Assembly (NCBI GenBank): GCA_964388955.1
Contig: CAYMCO010000004.1
Span: 112,327 to 176,326 of the forward strand
Reading direction: 5' to 3'
Source: an uncultured Anaerolineaceae bacterium
GTDB taxonomy: Bacteria > Chloroflexota > Anaerolineae > Anaerolineales > E44-bin32
DNA length: 64,000 nt
Shown: piece by piece, positions 9,674 through 19,105 of the stretch
Position numbering within the stretch: the first letter of the stretch is position 1
How the letters are laid out: every line of letters starts with the position of its first letter
The notes under the pieces: model-generated
What the model saw: only the letters and a program-made list of their open reading frames with translations
What the model was told of the DNA's origin: nothing
The model's database searches: none
Program-made: the position numbers and the translations under genes

Positions 9674-10912
9674 GTGAAATCCGATGTGGATCGTCTCATG
9701 GCGGAGGCCAACCTGGATGCACTCCTGATCATGGGGGATGCCAGGCACAATCCCTACATGGTCTATTTCACGGGAATCGCCCATGTCAGCGGGGCTTACC
9801 TGATCAAACCCCGTGACCGGAACCCGATCCTGTTTCACTACTCCATGGAGCGCGAGGAGGCGAGGCGCACCAGCCTGGAGACCAGGGACCTCACAGACTA
9901 CGATATCCCGGCTCTGCTCGAGCAGGCGGGCGGCGACACTGTGCAAGCCGAAGCGGCTCTGTTGAGAAACATCCTGCGGGAGTACGATCTGAGCGGCAGG
10001 ATCTCGATCTACGGCCGGACGGAAATTGGGCCCTCCTTTGGGTCCCTGTCCTTGCTGCAGGAGCGGTTGCCCGAAGTGCAGTTCGTCGGCGAAGACGGGC
10101 GGCAATCTGTTCTCATCCGCGCCCGGGCGACAAAAGACGCGGACGAAGCGGCCCGTATCCGAAAGATGGGGGAGGTCACCGCTGCGGTAGTGGGGGAGGT
10201 GGCTACTTTCCTGAGCTCGCACCGGGCCAAAGACGGTGTGCTCGTGAATGCGGGGGGGAACCCGCTGACCATCGGCGAGGTGAAACGCCGCATCAACCTG
10301 TGGTTGACGATGCGCGGCGCAGAGAATCCCCAAGACGTAATCTTTGCCATCGGCCGAGATGCTGGCATCCCGCACAGCGCCGGGGGAGCTGATGACCCTC
10401 TGGAATTAGGCAAGACCATCGTCTTCGACATCTACCCGTGTGAAGCGGGCGGTGGATACTTTCACGATTGCACGCGCACATGGTGCTTGGGATATGCCCC
10501 AGATCCCGTGCTCGAATTGTACGAAGATGTGCGCGCAGTGTACGAAAAGGTAGTCGAGCGCCTTGCGGCCGGAAAACCTTGCCGGGATTTCCAGCTTTTG
10601 ACCGCCGAGGAATTCTCCGCCAGGGGCCACCCGACCGTCGTGGAAGACTCAAAGACCCAGCGCGGCTACACCCACAGTCTCGGTCACGGAGTGGGGCTCT
10701 CAGTGCACGAATGGCCGAGTTTCAGCCACCTGGAGAGCAATCAGGATCTGCTGCAGCCAGGCTCCGTAATCACCGTGGAACCCGGGCTGTATTATCCTGA
10801 GCGCGCAATGGGCATGCGCATCGAGGACACTGTGTGGGTGCGCCCGGATGGTCAAATGGAGAGCTTGACCACCTTCCCAAAGGATCTGGTGTTGAAGGTG
10901 CCGGGCGCTTGA
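9674..10912 (+). CDS. M24-family Xaa-Pro aminopeptidase
   Basis: 412 aa. Creatinase/prolidase N-domain plus pita-bread catalytic domain with HSLGHGVGLSVHEWP and VEPGLY...EDTV. Confidence 0.85.
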   Translation: MKSDVDRLMAEANLDALLIMGDARHNPYMVYFTGIAHVSGAYLIKPRDRNPILFHYSMEREEARRTSLETRDLTDYDIPALLEQAGGDTVQAEAALLRNILREYDLSGRISIYGRTEIGPSFGSLSLLQERLPEVQFVGEDGRQSVLIRARATKDADEAARIRKMGEVTAAVVGEVATFLSSHRAKDGVLVNAGGNPLTIGEVKRRINLWLTMRGAENPQDVIFAIGRDAGIPHSAGGADDPLELGKTIVFDIYPCEAGGGYFHDCTRTWCLGYAPDPVLELYEDVRAVYEKVVERLAAGKPCRDFQLLTAEEFSARGHPTVVEDSKTQRGYTHSLGHGVGLSVHEWPSFSHLESNQDLLQPGSVITVEPGLYYPERAMGMRIEDTVWVRPDGQMESLTTFPKDLVLKVPGA

Positions 10913-10964
10913 TATCTCTCCCAGGGCTGAGGCTTGGACACAGCTTCCGGATAGGCGACCATAT

Positions 10965-12005
10965 ATGAGCGATGAGACACGCATCTTGGGAATTGAGACC
11001 TCCTGCGACGAAACCGCGGCTGCACTGGTGGAGAACGGCCGCCACATCCTGACCGACGAGGTGGCCTCGCAATCCCAGATTCACGCCCAGTACGGTGGCG
11101 TGTTTCCGGAGGTCGCCTCGCGCGTGCACATTGAGGTCATCTTCAGCGTCGTGCAGCGCGTTCTCACCCAATCACATGTAGGCCTGGGCGCGGTGGACGC
11201 CATTGCCGTCACCCGAGGACCGGGCCTGGCCGGTTCGCTCGTTGTGGGTCTAAACATGGCAAAGGGCATGGCGCTGGCCGGGGGCCTTCCGCTCCTGGGA
11301 ATCAACCATCTGGAGGCGCATATCTACTCCGCTTGGCTGGTCGCGGACCAGCCGGAGCCGTCCTTCCCGCTGCTGGCGCTCATCGTGTCCGGCGGCCACA
11401 GCGAATTGGCGCTCATGACCGGTCATTTGGAATATCGCAGGCTGGGCGGCACCCTGGATGACGCCGCCGGGGAGGCTTTCGACAAAGTGGCCCGCATGCT
11501 CGGGCTCGCATATCCTGGCGGCCCAGCCATACAGGAAGCCGCCGAGCTCGGGGATCCGCGGGCCTTCCGATTCCCCCGGGCCCGCCTCCAAGGCACTTGG
11601 GACTTTTCCTTCAGCGGCCTCAAGACGGCCGTTCTGCGAGAAGTGCGCGCCCTTCAGCCGGAAATACAGGCCGGCGTCGACGAACCCAGCCCCGGGCTGC
11701 CGGTCGCCGATCTTGCGGCATCTTTCCAAGCTGCAGTGGTAGATGCCCTTGTGAGCAAGACCATCGCCGCGGCCCAGGAGTACGGCGCCCAGATGATCCT
11801 GGTCGCCGGCGGCGTATCCGCCAACAAGCAGTTGCGGGCCAGCTTCGAGGAACAGGCACAGATCCCGGTTCGCTTCCCCCCATTGAGACTGTGCACCGAC
11901 AACGCTGCGATGATCGCCGCTGTGGGCCATCGACGGTTCCTCGCCGGTCAGCGCGATGCGCTGGACATCGACGTGCTGCCCGCCTGGTCCATCGGGAGCT
12001 TATAG
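10965..12005 (+). CDS. tsaD: tRNA N6-adenosine threonylcarbamoyltransferase
   Basis: 346 aa. ILGIETSCDETAAAL N-terminus, NHLEAHI metal motif, Kae1/TsaD-like throughout. Confidence 0.9.
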   Translation: MSDETRILGIETSCDETAAALVENGRHILTDEVASQSQIHAQYGGVFPEVASRVHIEVIFSVVQRVLTQSHVGLGAVDAIAVTRGPGLAGSLVVGLNMAKGMALAGGLPLLGINHLEAHIYSAWLVADQPEPSFPLLALIVSGGHSELALMTGHLEYRRLGGTLDDAAGEAFDKVARMLGLAYPGGPAIQEAAELGDPRAFRFPRARLQGTWDFSFSGLKTAVLREVRALQPEIQAGVDEPSPGLPVADLAASFQAAVVDALVSKTIAAAQEYGAQMILVAGGVSANKQLRASFEEQAQIPVRFPPLRLCTDNAAMIAAVGHRRFLAGQRDALDIDVLPAWSIGSL

Positions 12006-12074
12006 ATCGCGCGCCCTGTAGGTCTGCGCGACGCGCTTCCGAGAACCAATCGCTTCGAATCCCGGATGCAGGAA

Positions 12075-12542
12075 TCAGCGCCCAACGGTTTCCCCAGTGT
12101 CGGCGTCAGATTCCACCTCGAGGCTGGCCATCGCCAGGTGCCTCATGTGCGCCAACATGGCGCTGAAACCACGCATGCGCTGGAAAGAGAGGGCACGCTC
12201 CAAGCCGGTACACCGGTAGAAATCCACGGACACTTGAAGGATCTCCTGTGGTGACAGACCGCCAAGTCCCGCGCCGAGCAGAGAAGCGAAACCACGCACC
12301 GTGGGCGCGGCCGCAGGGATGTCGAAAAAGAAGCGCAAACCTCCGTCTTCCTTTTCGGCATGGATGCGCACGGGGGTCATACACTCCGGCACCGCCTCCG
12401 TTCGCGCATTCTCCGGCTTCAATCGCGCTGGAATCGCCGGCAGTGAATCGGCATACTGCAATAGCAGTTCCAACTTCTCTCGCCCTTCGCAAAGGGCGAA
12501 ATCCTCACAGATCGCCGCCAGCTTCTCAGGGAGATCCGGCAT
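12075..12542 (-). CDS. sufE: SufE-like sulfur acceptor protein
   Basis: SufE/CsdE-type domain with the conserved Cys context [14 protein letters not shown] at 12542 sits 8 nt after the rhodanese stop; the alternative start is at 12587. Confidence 0.75.
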   Translation of the reverse strand: MPDLPEKLAAICEDFALCEGREKLELLLQYADSLPAIPARLKPENARTEAVPECMTPVRIHAEKEDGGLRFFFDIPAAAPTVRGFASLLGAGLGGLSPQEILQVSVDFYRCTGLERALSFQRMRGFSAMLAHMRHLAMASLEVESDADTGETVGR

Positions 12543-12550
12543 CTGATTCT

Positions 12551-13390
12551 TCACCGCTCGATCGGCGCTCCGACGAGATTGCCCCACTCGGTCCAGGAAC
12601 CATCGTAGTTGCGAACATAGGAGTAGCCAAGCAGGTACTTCAAAGCAAACCAGGTGTGCGAGCTGCGCTCCCCAATGCGGCAGTAGGCGATGACGGGTTC
12701 ATCCTTCGCAAGGCCGTGGCTCTCGTATAACGCCCGCAACGATTCGGCGTCTTTGAAAGTCCCATCCTCATTGGTCGCCTTCGACCAAGGGATATTCGCC
12801 GCGCCCGGGATGTGCCCGCCGCGCATCGCCCCCTCCTGTGGATAGTCCGGCATATGCAGCAGTTCACCCCGATACTCCTGGGGGGACCGCACGTCCACCA
12901 GCGGAAGGCCGCGATCAAGATGGGCGAAGACATCCTGACGGAAGGCCCGGACGCTCAAGTCCGGCTCCATGGCCTGATAGTCCGTCTTTGGATAGCTGGG
13001 AGCTTCCTTCACCATGGGCCTGTCCTCGGCCATCCATTTGGCGCGCCCGCCGTCCATGATGCGCAGATCCCGATGGCCAAAGTACTCGAACACCCAGAGT
13101 GCATAGCAGGCAAACCAGTTGCTCTTATCCCCATAGAAGACCACTGTGGTGCTCTCGGAAATCCCTCTCTCCTGACACAGGGCCTCAAAACTGGACTTTG
13201 AGAGGAAATCCCTGCGGACCGGATGCTGCAGTGTCGTGAACCAATCCACCTTCACGGCGCCGGGGATGTGTCCAGTCTCATACAAGAGCGAATCCTCATC
13301 CGATTCGACAACCCGCACATCGGGATCGTCCAGGTGATTCGCAACCCATTCCATATCCACCAATCGTTCCGGATGTGCATACCCTTCCGA
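12551..13390 (-). CDS. thiosulfate/3-mercaptopyruvate sulfurtransferase (tandem rhodanese)
   Basis: Two rhodanese domains with active-site loop YCRIGERSS. Start taken at [11 protein letters not shown] (13390). Confidence 0.85.
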   Translation of the reverse strand, partial: SEGYAHPERLVDMEWVANHLDDPDVRVVESDEDSLLYETGHIPGAVKVDWFTTLQHPVRRDFLSKSSFEALCQERGISESTTVVFYGDKSNWFACYALWVFEYFGHRDLRIMDGGRAKWMAEDRPMVKEAPSYPKTDYQAMEPDLSVRAFRQDVFAHLDRGLPLVDVRSPQEYRGELLHMPDYPQEGAMRGGHIPGAANIPWSKATNEDGTFKDAESLRALYESHGLAKDEPVIAYCRIGERSSHTWFALKYLLGYSYVRNYDGSWTEWGNLVGAPIER

Positions 13391-13486
13391 CATCAGAACT
13401 CCCTCCGATCTATGCCTATGCCAGCCCGTGAAACCGATCTGTCGCCTCGTGCAGCCAGTGGCTGCGTCAGAGTACTCTCCAACCAC

Positions 13487-13492
13487 ATTATA
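13487..13492 (-). promoter_or_regulatory. -10-like TATAAT (minus strand) upstream of the rhodanese-sufE pair
   Basis: The plus-strand ATTATA lies in a short AT-rich patch between the radical SAM stop (13602) and the rhodanese ATG (13390). Confidence 0.3.
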
Positions 13493-13601
13493 GATGAATT
13501 TTATGGATATTATCTGTTAATTCACGAGGGAATGCGGGGCTCACCGGCGAGAGGCGCGGGCTCCATTCTGCCGTGCCGCCGCGGCGGCCATCAGTCACCG
13601 C

Positions 13602-14600
13602 TCAAGCGGTCCGGTCTCGATCCGGGAAATAGGCCCCCGCTGCAGCCCAGAAACGGGTCCCCAGGCGATCCACAACCTGTGCACGCCGCTCCTCCTCAAG
13701 TGATTCCAAGGCGGATTCGACCGCCTCTTCATCCCTGTCCCCCAGCATGCGCTTCAACTCCTCCAACCGCATTGGGTGCCGGGTGATCACGCCCAATATC
13801 GCTTCCCGCAGGTCAGTCTCACCGGCAAGATGGATCTCCCCCTCGGCGGGATGCAAAACTGCCGCCACCTCACCCAATATGGCGCGCGCCCGCATCATCC
13901 CTTCCTCCCCCGCGGGCCGCACCCAGGCTTCCGCCGGAGGCCGGTACGGCATCGCCAAATGCACACGGTCTGGCCTGATGCGCTCGATTGCAGACCGCAG
14001 GTCACGCAGAGCGGCATCAGGGTCATTGAGCCCCTGCAGCATCATCACTTCCAGCCAGAGCTTGCCGGCAAAGCTGCGGCGGAAGTCCACCAACCCCCTT
14101 ATGTGCTGATCGAAGGGGAAATGAGGATGCGGCCGATTGATCCGCCGGTACAGTTCACGGGATCCGGCATCCAGCGCGGGCAGGACCGCGTCCGCGGCGC
14201 CGAGCTCGCGGCGGACTTGTGGGTCGGACAACAGCGACCCATTTGTGATCACCGCGATGGGCGCCGACGAGAACCTTCGTGTCTCGCGAATCAAAGCCCC
14301 GAGGTGAACGTGCAGGGTTGTTTCGCCGGAACCGACGAACGTCACCCAGTCAATCTCGTTTGTTGCGGGGGACGCCAAGGTCTCCCTCGATTCATCCATG
14401 ATCTCTTGTGTGGGCACGTACTCCGCCCGCTCACCCACCATTGGACGGCTGCGGCCCAATTGGCAGTATACGCAGTTCCAGTTGCAGGTCTTGAGCGGCA
14501 CAGGGTCGATCCCCAGCGACCTGCCCAGACGCCGGGATTGCACGGGACCGAAGACATGGCGTATGCGTTGGATGCCCATCCAGTTTGGGGCCCTTTCCAC
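13602..14600 (-). CDS. radical SAM protein
   Basis: 332 aa. N-terminal GPVQSRRLGRSLGIDP followed by CNWNCVYC (a CX3CX2C radical SAM cluster motif). Confidence 0.8.
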   Translation of the reverse strand: MERAPNWMGIQRIRHVFGPVQSRRLGRSLGIDPVPLKTCNWNCVYCQLGRSRPMVGERAEYVPTQEIMDESRETLASPATNEIDWVTFVGSGETTLHVHLGALIRETRRFSSAPIAVITNGSLLSDPQVRRELGAADAVLPALDAGSRELYRRINRPHPHFPFDQHIRGLVDFRRSFAGKLWLEVMMLQGLNDPDAALRDLRSAIERIRPDRVHLAMPYRPPAEAWVRPAGEEGMMRARAILGEVAAVLHPAEGEIHLAGETDLREAILGVITRHPMRLEELKRMLGDRDEEAVESALESLEEERRAQVVDRLGTRFWAAAGAYFPDRDRTA

Positions 14601-14819
14601 TCACCGCGTACTGAACGAATGGGAATGTGTCCTCTCAATCCCTGAGACTCGGGAGGCGCACTTGCCAGAGTGACCCAGCCAGAAAGGGGCACCATTCTTT
14701 TCGAATCCCACTGGCGGGAACTTCACCTTCGATGAACCAAAGGTCATTGCCCCCCACAAGCCTCTGCGGCAGCCATCCAGCCGGCAGGGACGGTTCGCTC
14801 CGCGCGGCGATCCTGTGGC

Positions 14820-15023
14820 TCACTTCCTCGTCATGACCGCATCGCATTTCGGGCAACGTCTCTCGTAGCAGGGCTGCCCCACCACGTGCGGTTCCTTGTG
14901 ACCACAACTCGGGCAGACGCATTCACCGTCGGGACCGGCCGCCTTGGGGCCGCCGCCCAGCCCTCTTCCGCCGCCCCTGCCTCGTCCTCCCCTTCCCCGG
15001 CCGCGGCCTGACCATGCATTCAT
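14820..15023 (-). CDS. Arg/Gly-rich zinc-ribbon miniprotein
   Basis: 67 aa. N-terminal GRGRGRGGRGRGGGRG tract followed by CVCPSCG...C...CPKC (6 Cys). Sits inside the co-directional cluster. Confidence 0.6.
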   Translation of the reverse strand: MNAWSGRGRGRGGRGRGGGRGLGGGPKAAGPDGECVCPSCGHKEPHVVGQPCYERRCPKCDAVMTRK

Positions 15024-15084
15024 CTCATTCCTTCCTTCCCTTTAATGGATCCCCTTCCCCGGCCATTTTTTCGCGGAGCCAGCA

Positions 15085-15462
15085 TCAATGCCCCCCGCAG
15101 TCGTGTGACCGGCTTTCCCGGCATGGATCGGCGCCCGAGAGCCGGCCGGCCAGGAAATCCTCCACGGCCTGCCGCACACTCCCGACGGCCCCTGTGCCGA
15201 TCTCCACGCCATAGCCCTGGAAGAATCCGATGGCGCGCCGTCCCATGCCGCCGCTCAGCATGACATCTGCACCTTGCTCCTTGATGAATCCAGGGACCAT
15301 GCCCGGCTGATGGTTCTGGAAATACGGGTTGTCGATCACCGCGACTGATCCCAACTCCGCGCCCTCCACATCCACCAAGACAAAGTAGGGGCAGCGGCCG
15401 AAGTGATGGCTCACCCGGCTGTCCAAGTCCCTGTTCTCCTCACTCGAAATAGCCACACGCAT
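15085..15462 (-). CDS. NifX/NifB-C-terminal-like (FeMo-cofactor-binding fold, orange-protein-like) protein
   Basis: 125 aa. HFGRCPYFVLVD and GADVMLSGGMG motifs of the dinitrogenase FeMo-co-binding family. Carries an extra C-terminal CRESRSHDCGGH tail. Confidence 0.8.
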   Translation of the reverse strand: MRVAISSEENRDLDSRVSHHFGRCPYFVLVDVEGAELGSVAVIDNPYFQNHQPGMVPGFIKEQGADVMLSGGMGRRAIGFFQGYGVEIGTGAVGSVRQAVEDFLAGRLSGADPCRESRSHDCGGH

Positions 15463-15465
15463 TTT

Positions 15466-15774
15466 CTATGCCTCCTGATTCAGAAGTTCCGTGAGTTCCT
15501 TGGCAGCGACATATCCTTCAACCGTGATTCTCTGACCGCTCACCCCTGGAACCTGGGCGACCGCCCCCTTCACCTGCGCGGCCAGATATACCGCGATGGG
15601 GCAGAAGGGCGACGACGGGCGGAACGTGTAGCGCACGAACCCACCTTCCTCGACTTCTAACCCCTCCACCAAACGCATGCGCATGATGTCCACATTGGTC
15701 TCAGGGTCAATCACTTGGCGGAGCGCCTCTTCTATCGAGCCCCGAAGGGCAGTGGCTTCAACCCCCCCCGCCAC
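15466..15774 (-). CDS. DUF59 / FeS-assembly SUF-type (MIP18-like) protein
   Basis: IEEALRQVIDPETNVDIMRMRLV is a typical DUF59 core. GTG at 15774 chosen as start, giving a 17-nt overlap with the upstream ATPase. The track ORF extends to 15870. Confidence 0.7.
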   Translation of the reverse strand: MAGGVEATALRGSIEEALRQVIDPETNVDIMRMRLVEGLEVEEGGFVRYTFRPSSPFCPIAVYLAAQVKGAVAQVPGVSGQRITVEGYVAAKELTELLNQEA

Positions 15775-16669
15775 AAGCCACCCCCAGATACTCCCGCACA
15801 CGGCTCCAGATCTTGGCCATTCCTCGCGCCACTTCCCCGTCTGGCTCGAATTCCGTAACCGGCACTCCATGGATCATGGCATCGGTCGCCCCTTCGTCAT
15901 AGGGGAGTACGCCCACTTGTTCAACACCCCGCGCGCGACATGCCGCTTCGATCGCCCTCGCTCCCTCGGGATGCAGATCCCCCTTGTTAATACACACCCA
16001 TGCCGGCACACCGAAGTGCGCCGTGGTCTCGAGCACGCGCTCCATATCATGCCCGCCGGCCGCGCTCGGCTCCGTCACGATCAATGCCAAGTCCGCCCCG
16101 GAAACAGCGGATATCATCGGGCAGCCGATCCCCGGGGGGCCGTCCACCAGCAGGAGATCGAAATCCGTCTCCATCGCGCGCAGACGCGCTCGCTGTTTGA
16201 CCAACGTCACCAGCTTTCCCGAGTTTTCCTGCGCCGCATATAGGGCAGCATGAAACAGCGGGCCATATGGTGTGACAGATTCGAAATATTGCCCCGCCAC
16301 TTGCTCGCACATTGCGATCGCGTCTTCCGGGCAAGCATATGCGCAGGCCGCGCACCCTTCGCAGGCGATGGGATCCATACTGTACGTCCCGTTCGATTGA
16401 ACCAGGGCCTCGAAGCGGCACACCTCAGCGCAGTCGCCACATCCGGTGCATTTTTGGGTGTCGATGCGGGGGACTTGACCGGCGCGAAACTCCTCCTGCC
16501 TGACCAGCATCGGATCCAGGAGAAGCTCGAGATTCGCCGCATCCACATCCGCGTCCGCCAGCACGACTCTCACCTCGGGCTCGCGACGAGCAGCCAGATG
16601 CGCGAAGGCCGCAGTCAAGCTGGTCTTGCCCGTCCCCCCTTTTCCACTCAAGATCACAATTTGCTTCAC
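15758..16669 (-). CDS. MinD/ParA-type P-loop ATPase with inserted 2x[4Fe-4S] ferredoxin domain
   Basis: 303 aa. Deviant Walker A GKGGTGKTS, with CTGCGDCAEVC and CEGCAACAYACP ferredoxin motifs. Confidence 0.85.
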   Translation of the reverse strand: MKQIVILSGKGGTGKTSLTAAFAHLAARREPEVRVVLADADVDAANLELLLDPMLVRQEEFRAGQVPRIDTQKCTGCGDCAEVCRFEALVQSNGTYSMDPIACEGCAACAYACPEDAIAMCEQVAGQYFESVTPYGPLFHAALYAAQENSGKLVTLVKQRARLRAMETDFDLLLVDGPPGIGCPMISAVSGADLALIVTEPSAAGGHDMERVLETTAHFGVPAWVCINKGDLHPEGARAIEAACRARGVEQVGVLPYDEGATDAMIHGVPVTEFEPDGEVARGMAKIWSRVREYLGVACGGGG

Positions 16670-17586
16670 CCGACGCCTGTCTCCGGCAGGAAACCCCGTG
16701 AATTGCGCCGTGCAACAGCTGTCTCTGAGGTTTCACGCTCGGCGGCCAATTCCACAAGCTGCGCATATAAGTCTCGAAAGCGTGGCCGGTATTCGGGAAA
16801 GGCGGCCGCCAGGGTCACGCCCCTGGCGCAGGCCTCCCCGATTCGCCTCTCCAGCGGGATTCGCATCAGAATCGGGATGCCGCTCTCCCGACAGAAAGCC
16901 TCAACCCCGGCCCGGCCGGATCCATCCCGATTGAGCAGAACACCGGCGGGCAGCTTCATCTCACGCACAACCTTCACCGCCAGGCGCAGGTCATGCAGCC
17001 CAAAGGGGGTGGCCTCCGTAACAAGCAATACAACATCCGCGCCGCGCAGAGTCTCAACAACCGGACAGGAAGTCCCAGGGGGGGCGTCGCGAATCACGAC
17101 TTCTCCCTCCCGTCCCGGAACCCAACGCTTGAGCGCACGGATGACGGGTACCGCCATTGGTTCCCCGATATCCAGAATGCCGCGCCCAAACCTCACGCCG
17201 TACATGGCGTCGCCCACTTGCAGAAGGCCCAGTCTGCGGGGCGATTCCCGAATCGCATGCTGAGGGCAATTCCAAGTGCAACTGCCGCAGCCATGGCATA
17301 GCTGGGGAAAGACGAGCGTCTGTCCGCTCAGCACCACGATGGCGTGATACTGGCAGACTTCCGCACAGCGCCCGCAGGCATCGCAGGCGGCATCGTCGAC
17401 ATCTGGTATCAGCATTTCCACCTGCTTGGATCGAGTGAACTCGGGGCGCAAGAACAGGTGCCCATTAGGCGCCTCGACATCGCAGTCCAGGTACGTTACG
17501 GGGCGGCCACTCAGGGCCAACCCCATGCTGGTGGCGACCGTGGTCTTCCCGGTGCCCCCCTTCCCACTGGCGACCGCAATGATCAT
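16666..17586 (-). CDS. MinD/ParA-type P-loop ATPase with inserted 2x[4Fe-4S] ferredoxin domain (paralogue)
   Basis: 306 aa. GKGGTGKTT, CDACGRCAEVC and CHGCGSCTWNCP motifs. 4-nt overlaps with both neighbours. Confidence 0.85.
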   Translation of the reverse strand: MIIAVASGKGGTGKTTVATSMGLALSGRPVTYLDCDVEAPNGHLFLRPEFTRSKQVEMLIPDVDDAACDACGRCAEVCQYHAIVVLSGQTLVFPQLCHGCGSCTWNCPQHAIRESPRRLGLLQVGDAMYGVRFGRGILDIGEPMAVPVIRALKRWVPGREGEVVIRDAPPGTSCPVVETLRGADVVLLVTEATPFGLHDLRLAVKVVREMKLPAGVLLNRDGSGRAGVEAFCRESGIPILMRIPLERRIGEACARGVTLAAAFPEYRPRFRDLYAQLVELAAERETSETAVARRNSRGFLPETGVG

Positions 17587-17960
17587 GCCCGGCGCCTTCG
17601 GCCGCCGTGATGCGCCGGAACTGTGGCGGCTGAGACCCGCTCGAGTTCTCCGCCCTGCATTTGACGCAGCAGATCCTCAATAGGGTCTTCATCGGCAGCG
17701 TACATCTCGATGCCCGCGGCCTCCAGCCCGGTGAACGCGTTGGGGCCAAAAGCTCCGCTCACAACCGCCTTCACGCCTCGCTCCGCCAACGCCTGCGCGG
17801 CCTGTGGTCCGGCCCCACCGGAAGCGCTCCAGGCTGGATTGACCAGCCGCTCCCACTCGCCGCTTTCCGAATCAAAGACCATGAAGACTGCGCAGCGCCC
17901 GAACCGCAGATCCAGGCGCGAACCGGGACTATCCGACCGGGATGAGAATGCGATCTTCAT
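17583..17960 (-). CDS. NifX/NifB-C-terminal-like (orange-protein-like) protein
   Basis: Start at MKIAFSS (ATG 17960, with a GGAAAGGA Shine-Dalgarno upstream). RFGRCAVFMVFD and GVKAVVSGAFG motifs. C-terminal HHGGRRRRA tail. Confidence 0.8.
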   Translation of the reverse strand: MKIAFSSRSDSPGSRLDLRFGRCAVFMVFDSESGEWERLVNPAWSASGGAGPQAAQALAERGVKAVVSGAFGPNAFTGLEAAGIEMYAADEDPIEDLLRQMQGGELERVSAATVPAHHGGRRRRA

Positions 17961-18011
17961 GTCTATCCTTTCCACACCCTCGAGAGGTGCCCCTTCGACG
18001 TCCAACCGCCG

Positions 18012-18812
18012 CTACGCGGCCCGCTGCAAGGTGATGAGCTTCACTCCAGCATCGTGAACTTGACGGAAATTGCCGCCTTGCCGGATCGCCCGCAGAACAG
18101 GTTCGATTTTCTCCACAACGGCACCGGAAAGCAGGTCCACACCATGGTCGAACAGAACAGGGCTCAGGGGAGTGCTCGGACCCAGAAGCATAACCGTCGC
18201 CTCGGGCGGGCAGAGCGCGAGCAATCCCTCCAGGGTGTGATTCGCCAGCGTCATGCTGGTGATAGCCACCAGGTTGCATTTGGGCAACACACGCGGCGCT
18301 GCTTCGGCGGGCAGATCGCCCGGCTGGGGATCGAGATCGAGCACATAGAAGTCTTGCAGCCTTGCACGCAGCCGCGGCACGAAGGGAAAATGCCCAATGA
18401 GAGCGACCGGCCCATCCTGCCCGTGCTCCAGGATCACTTTCTCAGCGTTGATCTCCCTCCATTCCTGGGGAGGGGGTGGAGGCAGCAAGGCATTGATGGC
18501 GGCCACGCCCACGCTGGCCAGCGTCTCCCGGTCGCGCTCTCGAGCAAGCTCAGCCAGTCTTCGCGCTCCGAGCTGTTCCAGACCTCCGGCCTGCGGCACA
18601 CGCGGCGGGCCGCCGTGCCTGTGGCCGCCCGCGAGGGTTGACGCCAGCCCACAGCGGGGGCCGGAAGGCGTTTCAACCACCACGGCGGTCCAGTTCAAGC
18701 CGACGGTCACTTCCAGCACCCCCGCATCCTCGACCCTGGTCAGCAGATCATCGATCACCGCCACAATCTCAACCTCCATGCATATCCATTTTCCAGCGGA
18801 TGGATGGCTCAC
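18012..18812 (-). CDS. DUF4213/DUF364 (putative metal-chelation, Rossmann-like) protein
   Basis: 266 aa. VGLNWTAVVV, GVAAINALL, IGHFPF and LLGPSTPLSPVLF blocks match my memory of DUF364 proteins. ATGA overlap with the upstream miniprotein. Confidence 0.7.
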   Translation of the reverse strand: MSHPSAGKWICMEVEIVAVIDDLLTRVEDAGVLEVTVGLNWTAVVVETPSGPRCGLASTLAGGHRHGGPPRVPQAGGLEQLGARRLAELARERDRETLASVGVAAINALLPPPPPQEWREINAEKVILEHGQDGPVALIGHFPFVPRLRARLQDFYVLDLDPQPGDLPAEAAPRVLPKCNLVAITSMTLANHTLEGLLALCPPEATVMLLGPSTPLSPVLFDHGVDLLSGAVVEKIEPVLRAIRQGGNFRQVHDAGVKLITLQRAA

Positions 18813-19060
18813 CGACCTCCGCGCCCGGGCCGCCCACCGCCGCCAGCGCTCCTGCCGCGCTTGCGGCTCAATCGGCGGGCTCCAGCACGCCCCCCTGCCT
18901 CGACCCAGCGTCGGCCGCGGCCGCCCCGGCCTCTCTCTACTGCTTCCCGGTGCGCGTTTCGACTCTCACATTCGGGGCATGCCAGCTCAGCCCCCGCCCC
19001 TCCCTGACCATGCGGCAATTGCCATATATGGCTGCAGTCCTGGCATTTGAATGTCCGCAT
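18809..19060 (-). CDS. zinc-ribbon miniprotein with Arg/Gly-rich C-terminal tail
   Basis: 83 aa. CQDC...CPEC zinc-ribbon followed by ERGRGGRGRR...GGGGRPGRGGR. Confidence 0.55.
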   Translation of the reverse strand: MRTFKCQDCSHIWQLPHGQGGAGAELACPECESRNAHREAVERGRGGRGRRWVEAGGRAGARRLSRKRGRSAGGGGRPGRGGR

Positions 19061-19105
19061 TCTCGGGGCTCCTATCTTGCCTGCCTGGGCATCGCCGTAA
19101 TCAAC

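Noticed and set aside
8666-10375. 569-aa minus-strand ORF spanning selA and the M24 peptidase gene
   Set aside because: It is antisense to two genes with clear family signatures. Its Arg/Gly/Pro/Gln-rich low-complexity translation is typical of shadow ORFs in GC-rich DNA, and it has no recognisable motifs.
12041-12070. TTCGAATCC T-loop-like sequence, considered as a tRNA fragment (a similar one lies near 14700)
   Set aside because: The flanking bases cannot form a T-stem or an acceptor stem, and the intergenic space (69 nt) is too short for a tRNA.
15761-15770. C8 homopolymer (G8 on the coding strand) at the junction of the MinD-type ATPase and DUF59 genes, considered as a slippage or phase-variation site
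   Set aside because: It simply encodes the C-terminal GGGG of the ATPase and the AGG of the DUF59 N-terminus. A single tract with no supporting variation data does not support a phase-variation claim.
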